Assembly (NCBI RefSeq): GCF_002113885.1
Contig: NW_018406103.1
Coordinates: 1,045,661-1,109,660 of the forward strand
DNA from: Mizuhopecten yessoensis
Lineage: Eukaryota
Direction: 5' to 3'
DNA length: 64,000 nucleotides
Part shown: one piece after another, positions 11,594 to 23,500 of the stretch
Layout of the letters: each line of letters begins with the position of its first letter
Numbering within the stretch: the stretch's first letter is position 1
Position numbers and translations under genes: made by a program
Notes under the pieces: generated by a model
Database searches by the model: none
Told to the model about the DNA's origin: nothing
What the model saw: the letters and a program-made list of their open reading frames with translations, nothing else

Positions 11594-14500
11594 ATGATGT
11601 TTGGGAATCGGAGACTTGCAAAGCGCTCGATTATAGGGACAAAAATATGTGCCATTTGGCAAGATGGCCGATATTACCCTGGTACCATTCAGAATCACCC
11701 GGCCGAAGGGGATTTATTTAGGGAGCAAAAATACACAGTTCGATTTGATGACGGTTACCAGAGGGATGTTAATGTGAGCGATATCATGGGACCTGGATTT
11801 AACAATGTATCGTCTTTAACACTGAAGCACGGACAGAAAGTCTATCTCACGTTAAACGGTCGAGAAGTACAGGGCTCTGTTGCCGAACATAACCGCTCAC
11901 AGGACGAGGTCATTGTAATTGTTCCCACAGTGAGCGGTGACGGAATTGAGCTAATCCGGAAAATAGATGATCTACGGCTGATGGAAAGTAGGAAATCGGC
12001 GAGACTCGTTGACCAGGCGACTGATTATTCTAAACTTGCCGATTTAAATGTACAAGGAGATAAAAAGAGGGCCGTATCTCACGTCATTGATGTGCCGTCA
12101 AAATCACAGTAAGTTACTATTTATAAAACTTTTCTAAAATTTATAATTTTAAATAGCCCAGTTGGATATTCCAATTTTCTGATTGAACAGTTTCATTCAA
12201 TTATCACGTGTATTACGTAGCTGTTATATATATATATCTTACCTATGCAGTTGAAGCTATTGATTGTTTTTTACCTGCAAATTTTCTACCTGTGTTGCAT
12301 ATATACACCTGACATTTCCAGGTAAAAATCAATGGTATATAAGTTACGGTGTATGGTGAAACCTACTGGCCGGTTAGTTACATCGGCTATATAAATAGAT
12401 ACCGGCCGGCGCTTAAATAGGACCCCGACCTTCCCTAGCGATTGACAGTTTAAGATATAAACACCGGCGTGTGTACAGCAGAAAAAAAAGCTTTAATTTA
12501 ACATTAGGGATAGAAAACCCTTTGAGCAGATTTTACATTTTACGAATTTCGGGATCTAACTTTACTTATATTGGGAATTGAAGTGAAATAGTCATATACT
12601 TGTCAATTCAACTGGCACTACAATGTATCTTGGTTGCCGAAAGTGTCTTTTTTGTCAAACAAACCATCATTCTGAAAACAACGGAAAAAATAACTCGAGG
12701 AAAAGGAAAAAGAAAGTTATTCGACACATCCGAACGTTGTACAGTGTAACTCGGCTTACTAGACGGTAATTATCTATTCAAATTGTTATTACAATGTCAG
12801 GATTCAAGCTTTGTATTTCTATATATGGTACCACGGAATGTGTTATCTAAGTCTGTGATGGTTAAACAAATCCCGTGTTATATCTGTTGTGTTATTGTTC
12901 TGTATCTTTATTCAGCTATTTGATGAACATGTTTGGACTTGTCATGTCATCAATTAACTGGTATACATGTATATATATATATATAAACACAATTCATTAG
13001 TTAGACAGATCTTCACACTTGCATATGTATATATGTATATATATTAGTTAGTTTAACTATGTAACATGCTGGACCGGATTGACATTCAACCTAATGAACT
13101 ATTAATATTGTATCAGCTTGATTAAAGCCGTTAAATATGATTTTCGAGTCCCTCCCCTTCTCCATCCCTCCTACTCTCGAGGTTATTTGAGATTAATGGC
13201 CGGTATTTGTCAATGGCGGTCTGGACCAGTATATACTGTGGATCTATTCAAGGCAATGAGAGAAGAGGGTATACTAACCGTCTTCACACTCCAATTCCCT
13301 CCCCCGAACTTAGTACCTGACCCGATTTGAAAATGTATCTCTAGATACTACCGGTACAGGCCGACCCCAGACTCATCATATATCACCTAATCCGGCAGGA
13401 GAGAAATGCCCCCCACCCCCGATCCCCCTACCTACACACACCGCCACCACTGATCTAAATACCACGCTGTGACCAAGACTTGACCAATGCAGTAAGATAA
13501 TATACACATGTACCTATCTGACCTTAGGGATTAGCCCTCCCTCTCAGGAGAAGTGTCCCCCGACCCACCCATATGTATTTAGACAAAGCCTTTGGGTAAA
13601 TAGCATGCTCCGTTATCTCCCCCAGGCGGTATCGTCGACCAAGTAGCGACGATGAAGACAGAGACGGTACACAGACAGAGGAAAATGACGTAGAGATGAT
13701 GGATGAGACGATAGCGGCGATGGTTCTAACGAGTCTGTCCTGTAGTCCGCAGTCTCCCAAGTTCCAGTCGTCACAGCTAACAGGTGCTTGTTGCGTCAGC
13801 TTACTATATATAGCACGTTTACTACGCACAATGGTATATTCAAAATAATACTTCGTCATATGTTTCGCTGTCCTATATTCGAAATATCATGTCCGTATAA
13901 AGTGACTTTCACCCGTGATGTGGTCATTCTATACATTGGGTTTTTATTCTTTGTTCCTAAGAAAAAAAGAAGAAAAAAAGAAAAAATACTATTATAATGG
14001 TAACTTTTGTAAGGGGATATTCAGAGTATAGTGAAAGAAAAAAAAGTCTTGAAAAAAACAAGATAAATATATTGTATATGCAAATTGTACCCTTCGAATT
14101 AGCAAACCTATATATTTTTCACAAGTTTGAAAATCTGGTTCCTTTCAAGGTTGTAGGTTGTTCGGACATTTCATCTTATTTGTCCTTGTTACAAGACAAA
14201 GTTTTCATACATTAAATAACACATACTGTAAATATTCACCAGATCTGACCAATAAGAGCCCCGCCCCCTTGTCCAGTAGCGTGGCGAGCAGTGGTTTCCA
14301 TTCGGAAAGGAGTGACCCCTCCCCGCCCCTCTCCGGCAATCTCAGTGAGAGCGCCCCGGCAGCGTCCGGGAGCTGGTTCTTCGGATCCTACCCAAAAGAT
14401 GAAGGTCTTGTGCTCGAGGAAAATGACGACGAAGATGACGATGTGGAAAATCTGGAACCAAAACGAAAGAGGATCGAAAGTCACGGATATGAGGTAGGAT

Positions 14501-17500
14501 TATCTTTTCTTCCGCATCTGTCCCGTTTTTTTTGTGAAACTGTTTATTGTGACGAAAAGGACAGGGGTGTGTGAAATTCCACTAGGTCAGGACTAGTAGA
14601 TTTATGTCAGCGCTCAAATTATCAATATTTAATATGAAAGTCTAAGCAAGGCTGTAAAGTAGCCAAAATCTACATGTGGACTTCGATATTCTAAATATGA
14701 AATCACAAACCCCGGAAGTTAATACATAGAATCATTTAGACATACATGCACTTTTTAAGTATTTTGTATAATTTGTTTAGCGAGAGAGAAATATATTGTG
14801 TATTTTCATATACATCATATGGTTCTGAAAATCTGTAAAAGCTTTATATATTTGGACCTAAACTAAGGTGTTTAGACCGAAACTTGATCTAAACCCCTCC
14901 GAACATTTACAATTACTCTAAACACATTAGTTTAGGTACATATGCATATGGCTGTAACAAATTACCAGGTCCCTGCGATATACATTTCGCTGTGTCATCA
15001 TATTACTGTACGGAAGCGAAGTTGTGTATTTAGCTATCGCTGTGTGTATTATGCACGGTAAGCAATATTGTAAGACCCTGTAACTTTGTATACATCCTCG
15101 GAAGCGGGATAGATAACTATAAGCCGTCATTATCATGAGGTACGTAAACACGTGCTTGCAATGTACATTTCTTAATTGCTGTCCCTGTCTCGGGTTATTC
15201 CGCTACTGTACAATGCCCCAACTCCGGTTAAATTAAGAGTGACCTCTTTATATATTATAAAGACAGATTGCACGCGTTTGTCAGTAACAACAGCAAAACA
15301 AAAACGTTTACCTTCGAATCAAAACATATATTAACTTTGAATGCAAATGTTAACGATCAGTTAAATTAAGATTAATGTAACCTAAAGTTAAGATAAGTAG
15401 AGGTTATAGGTTAAGGCTTCTTGAGGTTAATACGAGTAACTATAACCGAAGTAAGTCGATTTCAGGTAATACCGATATTACGTAAAATATGCAATCCGAA
15501 ATTTAGAATTTCGGACAAATATGACTTCCACTATCGGAATTTCGGACAAAATGCGTCTTAAGACAGCTGGACTTTTGATAAAATGGAGCCTACCAAACAA
15601 GTAAACTGAGTTAAAAGCCACAAATAGCAACCGTACTTAATATAGTGCTGACGTATATTTCTGTTTCTCGCTTTTATCTAAATGGAAATGATTGTAGAAC
15701 CATATATAGAAACTGCCTGTGGCTATTGTATTTGATGATTGAGATCCAAAGATACAACATACAATGAACTGTAGACTTTGAACCCTATATATATATGGCA
15801 TAAACAGATCGATGACCCTTGACCTAACATATGTGACAATAAGACTTATCATTTGTTACTCGTACAGCAGCTAATAAACGTCAATTTAAGGCTTAACGTA
15901 TAAAATTGTTGTATGGAGTTCGCGCGACCAGGTAAAGTATAATGTACAGGTGTATGCGTACTAATGTATCTTTTTACTGGGTCAGTCTTGCGGGGATAAA
16001 TACACAGTTTTGGGTGCTCGTGACCTACTTCCATCAGCTGATCGCTAACTGATGTAGCTATTTATAGCGTAGGTCATGCTGACGTTATGTTGTCTGTATA
16101 CTAAGCTATGCCTCTGATATAAACGTAGTCGTTACATACACAAAAAGTTACGAACACACATGCAGACATCAATCATTTATCCATTGATGTATTATATATT
16201 CAGTATGAAAAGGTACAATCTACGTAAGCGGAGGATTTTCTTATGCTACTGTAGCAACAATAAGCCGATCGCGATGACGTAGGCAAATTGACCTAAACCA
16301 AGTTCATTGCCCATAAAGATCAATCATTGAGACCACGTGATCGCTTGTCAGAGAGCACGTCTATTTATAGCGCTAAGGCTGGAGAATGTGTATTAGCTAC
16401 CGATTGTTTACGCTGTTCCGTGAATTGAGCGCCCTCCCTCAGTGATGTGTTATTCAGTGCAGTTTTGTGTTCACAACATTTTTGCCGTTGTTTACCATAG
16501 TGGGGGAAAATGCCAAGCATGAGGGCAATGCAGTGAGGTTTTATATTATGTGTTAACAGCCAGAACATTATCCTGATGTAAACACAAAAGTACAAACCTT
16601 CCAGTTTATGGGAAAACAGCATTTGACATGCTGTTATATTGTGTCATGTGCCGAGGGCAAGGTATAGATGGCAGCTTATAATTTCAAGCTTCCATTTTTG
16701 TTTAATAATAAATAATGATATACAACATTTATATAGCGCCCTATATCATTTGTAAAATTACTTTAAAGCGCTTTACAACATATGGATAACAGTAATAGTT
16801 ATAATTGTGAAACAAACTTTGGTTTGGTTTGGTTTGTTTGTATTTTACGTAAGGACGTGCCAGGTTTTGGTGGTGGAGGAAAGCCGGTGTTCCCGGAGAA
16901 AAAAAACCCACCGACCTACAGCCAGTACCAGGCGACTGCCCCACGTAGGCCTCGAACCTGCGACCCAGTGGTGTAGGGCTGGTGGTAGCAGAATGTCAGA
17001 TGTCTTTTTAGTTTTAAAACCACTTGGCGACCTCGGGCCCTACCACTTTGGATTACTTATCGTACGAAATCTCGTTTTATGAAGGTTCCTTGAGCAGAGT
17101 GAAGGAGACATTCATTGTTTGTCTTTTCCATACTTCTGTCCGTCTGCTCCCCCGACATATATTTGTTAGGCTTTGCGTATAGCTCTCTTATGAGAGTGCG
17201 ACATTCTTTAATTTTCCCATGTAGATATATCTTGCGGGTTTTTACAGCATTATATCAAATACACTATGGCCTATATTTTTTTCGCATCACTGACGTTTGA
17301 GAGGTCTGAAAACTGAATGTTCAATATTCATCAAACGTTTATATGTATGTACATACATCTTGAGGCGTGAACGGATAACTGCAAAACATCAACTGTTACC
17401 TATATAGTTTCCGCATCACTGAATTTGATATAATTTGCATTTTGCTCCGATGTCAGATTTATCAAAAGTCATAACGTGAAGACTTCATTAGAATACTATA

Positions 17501-20500
17501 TACTATAACATATAGGTCAAAGAGGCCTATTTATAGCAAATAGAATTCACTGTTGCTCATATTTTCCGCATCACTGATTTTGGATTTAGTTTACGTTTAG
17601 TTCCACTGCTAATACACTGCCGGGAAGTCCAGCATTTATCAAACCACAAAATGTGGATACATCAGGAGAAATACTATAGCTAAATATAAATGTAGGTCAC
17701 TGCGACCTATTATATGTCACAAGCATTGCTTAGAGAAAAGCGTTTAGGCTATATTATACTCTAATAATAAAAACCGATCATACTCATCATGCTTTGGATA
17801 TTTTTCACTTCACTCAAAATAGGTCACTGTGACCTATATTATTCACGGTTAGTGACTTTGGTAATGCGTTGCGTTTTTGCTCCATTCCCGTGAAAGCGGG
17901 CACGTGACGTTTGTATTTATTTTTTTCCCACTTTTTTCTTAAAACATTTTCGTCTAATATCCTTCAATAATAGTAAAAAGTTCATCCAACATAATTAAGT
18001 TTTTGCATAAAATAATCTTTGTAGGATAACACCTTTATCCGATTGTTTTGGCAACGTTATCGATAAAATAACGTTTTATCACAAACTTCCGATCTTATTA
18101 CGGTTAAACCTGTCTAGGGGTACCTGTCTGTTAGTTTGCGTATGTGTTCTTTTAATCTACACGGGGTCAGCTATTGGTCAGCGGGGTGATTGATCTCTCC
18201 GGACACTTCATGTCACGTTACGTCGCCAATGGAGAGTATATATATTATATATAACATCGTGTTACGTGTCTTTGGTCCGGTCAAGTAGTCACTAGCCAGT
18301 GGTCAAATAAGGCTTAAACGTACATTCTTTTTACTTGCTTAAATAAACAGAGACGTATACCACACTATATGGCTTTATAAGCCCTTGATATAAATTCTTT
18401 GTAAGTATGTATATTATATAATGACCAACATTTTTGAGGCCTGATTGTGTAAGATTTCATCGCCGGTAAAACTCTAGGACACAATTAGTCATGTTGATTA
18501 ATCGTCCAAAAAAAAATTATTAAATTTCTTTGAATCAATTAATTCCCTATATAGTAAAAAAAAAAAAGGGGGAAGTATTCGTTTAACTGTCCCGTGAGCT
18601 AGATCCCATGGCCGGAGTTTAACTTCATTAAAGTTCATAAAACCTGAGCAGCCTGGATCGGCAAAATATCTCCTCACCATTGCCATAGGCTACCGGAAAA
18701 CCCTGGACGCAAAAAGATCTAACCCTGCGGAAAATTATTTCCATGTTGAGACATGAAACCAGACAGCTACACAGACGTATTCATAGTGATCAATGTCGCT
18801 ACATATAGAAAATGCTTTTACAAGTTTTAAAAACTTAAACATTTACAAGGGAACGTATCATTTTATGGCAACCGTTTTAATAAGAATGAAGTGGACACAA
18901 ATGAAAGTGCTGAGTTGGCAGACGTTATTGTGTAACGCGAATTGCCGACCATAATCTCTAGTAGGTCGCGTTAAAGCAGAGGTACGTAACTTATGGAGAT
19001 CTCTGGGTAAAGTACACTAAGGACATTCACACGACAGTGTGCTGTGACGTAATAGATAATGAAATATGTTAAATGAATAGTAAAATGATGTGTGGTGACC
19101 GCCGCCAATATAATTAGTTACTAGCCGACACTTCGGCCGTTACCTAGTGACCAGAGCCCCCTGCACGGTATTCACGTTGGTATGAACAACATCAAGACAC
19201 ATTAACGTACATGTTTGTTTGTGTCCATAAGTGTATGGCCAGTATGTTATACGTACGTACATGTGCATGTAAATAGATACATATGTATGAAGAGACCGTA
19301 TAAGTATGCACGTGTATCCCCGATAAATAAACTGCGTCGCACAGGAGGTTTGTCAATAGAGCCTAAATAATTATATCAATGATGAACTTTTGTTGAGGTG
19401 AATATTTGGTTTTATGAACCTGAGAAAGTAACCGATACCACATATTTACCGAAATAAAAGTTAATAATTAAGCCAGATGGAACGCATGAAAAAAACCTAC
19501 GGAGGAAAATGTTGCATTATCGGAATGACGTCATGAAGTGAATAGTAACACCGAGTTAATATCACAAACGATCGACCCAGACGTGATTAGACTCCAACTT
19601 ATGAGGAAGTAGGGTAAATGGGTGTCAGTACAAGTTATTTTTGACTACATTAACACACCTTAATTGTGAATTACATATAAGATGTTAATGTAAAGCGATA
19701 CCGTTGTCAATAGCACAAACACGTGGTTCGTAAAGTAAAGGGGAAATAAAACGTCGCTCATGTGAAGTCATGTGCACGGCGGATAACAGCCTTACTGCGT
19801 ATAACTCTCACATAGCGAGAGCGTGACACAATTATTGTTTGCCATGGGTTTTAACAGCTATGTAACCCCAAAGGGATCCGATGAAGACACAGCCTAAACC
19901 AAAGTAAGAAGGACTGGGAGAATAAGGGGCATAATTGAGTCAACAGAACATGCTGGTTTGTTCAATGTCTTCTTGGCCGCAGACAAATGCCAAAATCGTT
20001 CTGCATTGGTGGGATGGGGGTGTCTCATTAGTCGCCCCTACTACGTAAAACCGATTATACATAGTGGGATACAGAGCAGGCTTTATCTTTCTCCAATCAT
20101 TTGCTTATAGTGATCCAGCGAATTACACACGCTTATGAAACACAAATAAAACAACCTTATAATACGGCCATCAAGACAACAGAAATGCCATATAATGCGT
20201 CTATCATTTACGTTACGCCTACTGTTCCACGCGATACATTGTAGTTGTGTGTAGTGCTTGGCATTCACACACTGACCTAGATTTTTAAACCCTCCAGGTC
20301 GGGCTTCAGGGTCATTGAACTCGAAACTCGGACAGAGACACACTCGCTATCCAAGGCAGAGCTGTGTTAAGGCACTTAAAAGGCAACGTAGATAGCTGAA
20401 CAAGCATCTCACGACTCTTCACGTGAATAAGACCAAAGAGCCATTTTGTCAAAGTCCACGGACGCATTAACTTTAAGTAGACAATCTTATTGTAAAAAAA

Positions 20501-23500
20501 TGTTGACACACTAGAGGCCGGGAATTGGGTGGAAAATAAACCTGCTGTTACCCTATTCTGTTGCAAAAGGCAACTAATGTGTGAATTCCCTGCGGAATAG
20601 GGGATTTGCTTATTTTGTGCTCTCTATTTCGCGACACTAACGGGACATTCTCTCTGCCCCTTTGTTTCCTATAGTGCCTTCCTTTTAAAACCTCACTTTT
20701 GGCCTCAGTGTTGAACGTTTTCGCCTAAGTGAGGAGGCATTGAGTTCTGTCCCCATGCCGGGATATACCAAAGTCCTTAAAAATAGTAGATGTTATTCCC
20801 TGCTTAACGATCAGCATTTAAGGTTATTGCAACAACTAGTTACCCGTTGTCTGTGAGTATAATGTAACCGGATGGAATACTGTATGTCATATGCCTTCGG
20901 TATGGTATTTCCATGCACTCTCACTCCAGTCATTACAATCGTTACAAACACGAAATATCTATATATATATTTCTTACAAACTTTAACTAATCAGTGTCAT
21001 TCATTGTGATTTTTCTTTGAAATCTAGCTATTGATGCATTTCTGATTCCCCTGTCTGATCGTCTGCCCCACTGGAATATGCCTGAACATAAGAACAATTT
21101 TTGCTTTCCGTTTAGATTTCCATTAAGTTTCTCCAACACTCGTAGTTTGGCGATTGTATAGCGGCAATGCCGTGCAGCGCTGCCCTGCTGGAATGTAGCG
21201 AAACTACTGTGCACACAAGTGACTGACTGGTGTGTACTTGACAGGTTTAAGCACCCACGGCAATACACAAATACATAAAAAAAACATCTCGTGACATGCG
21301 CATGATGAAAACCATATTACTTTTTGTAATCATTGGTGCCAGTTAAAGCGTTTGTTTCTTGACCCATCTGGCAAAGTGCCGAATGCGTTCACACTTATAG
21401 TATACAGATAGTGCTGGCGGTATTCACTAATACATCAGAGATATAGCCCTGCACGTTGTGATTTTCGGTTGCATATGCCTTTATATATATATATGTAGCC
21501 GAGCTAGACTGGGTCGATCGTCGGCGACCAGATAGCTCAGTTGGTAGAGCGTTTGTCTAGAGCTCGGAGGGTTCCGGGTTCGAACCCCCGGTCTGGCCGT
21601 TACATTTTCTCTTTCTGCTGTTACATATACATGTATATGATAACGGTCAAGCCGAGAATTTATCAATAGTTACAATAAACGGAAACATCGGGGAATTATC
21701 ATTAGTTACAATAAACGGAAACATCGGGGAATTATCATTATTTACAATAAACGGAAACATCGGGAAATTAAAAGCACCTAGTCCAATAACAAAAAAAATG
21801 TATGTTTCTAAAATCTGTGAAAGAATGAAGTCTGTTGAGTCATGACAATGGGACGGGACCGGACGGACATCAGTTACGCCATAGCTTCAAATACTCGGGT
21901 CGGAATTTTATCAAAATATGAAGTTAAACCAAAAGTCAACGAAACTCTCACGAAAAGAATGTTGCGTGGTTGCCAGATGTTAGATAAGAAATTTAGTGGC
22001 TACTTGCACGTGCAGTGTTTAAGATGTTCTCTTGAAAAATGTTGATACACAATGTAAAGAATTAGTTTGATTTAAACATATTTTTATTTGCATCTAATAT
22101 ACAAAAGGGATCGGGCACAAGTTGTCCAACTTATGTAAAGAATTAGTAAGTTCTTTGACTACGTACGGCATACTTTCATTTAAACTAAACGTCACTGACA
22201 CATGACTTATCTCCGGGGTAATAGTCACGAAATTCATGTTTATAAGTTAAATGGCACACGTAGTTCATTTAGTATACACCGAAACGGCCCGGAGCTCATT
22301 TGTCAATCAATGTTAACGTTATGAGTGCATCGACTTAACCGGAAATGAATAATATTAATACACTCTGTGGCGTCACCACACAGCTGTGAGTCGTCAAGGT
22401 GCATATAGTAGCTAGCTTATATAACGATATCATTATGTGATGTGCTGACTGTGTATTAACAATGCAGGATTATATACACGTATCCAGTCATCTTGTTATA
22501 ATGTAGGAAACTGCCTACAGTTATTCACTAATAGAATGGTGGACTCGTACACACAAATTACAGAAAAATATATAGAGGATATTTAATGGTGTCTTCAGTA
22601 AAAACAAATATATTTCACGAGTGTGGCTAATATTTTTGTTATTATTGAAGACATCACTAATTTTTCTATTTATTACATATTTTAAAGGCTGTGCCCCATT
22701 TTGAATGGGATACTCAACGCGATTCCGACGTTTTCTTCTATTTTCTGGAAGGATTGTTTATACAAATGTAATTAATTGTATATTTATGTAAACACTTATG
22801 TGTGTGTACCAAACATTTACCATAACAACCACTTATTTTACCGTCGCTTCATGTGAATCTGTGACAAGATATCGTTGCCTTTGAATGCAGCAAATAGAAG
22901 ATAGCGTTATGATTGGTCAATACCAAAAAGTGATATCACTTTTGTTATTTGTAACAGTGTGAAATATATCAGTTTTATCAAGTTGATAGAATCCCATATT
23001 TCACTGGCAAAGCTGTAATAAAAACAGATGTTTTTATAGCATTTTTCTATCGCGTTCGCTTGAAAACTTGAGTCGGACTTGGACGAGCTACATTTATCCT
23101 TCAAAATAAAGCTGCACAAAGCCAGTACTGTATTACACTGTCCAGACGTAAAACATTTGCAAACATCAGCATTTATTATCAACTTAATGTAGTTGTTCGT
23201 AACACAGGGACATACGAAATTGTAACAGTTAAGCTAAAATTGGACATACACCTAGGAGTTCTGTGTATTTATTTTACGTTTATGTGTTTAGACCAACATT
23301 TTGTAAAAAAAACATACCAGCCCTGTTACTCGTTTATGCCATCATTGGTGGAAGTGTTTTTACCGAAAGTTGATATTAACCCCTAAGACGTCTTATATTA
23401 CCAGGAACACGTCATATTAGGTATAAACATAACTACTAAAATCGATAATAAATTCTCATGTCCCTGTGCTTCGTATTGGTAATCGGAAACATGATCAGTC

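Noticed and set aside
21525-21600. Functional tRNA gene
   Set aside because: Anticodon stem poorly paired, extra base in the T arm, and a SINE tail shared with 3115-3204.
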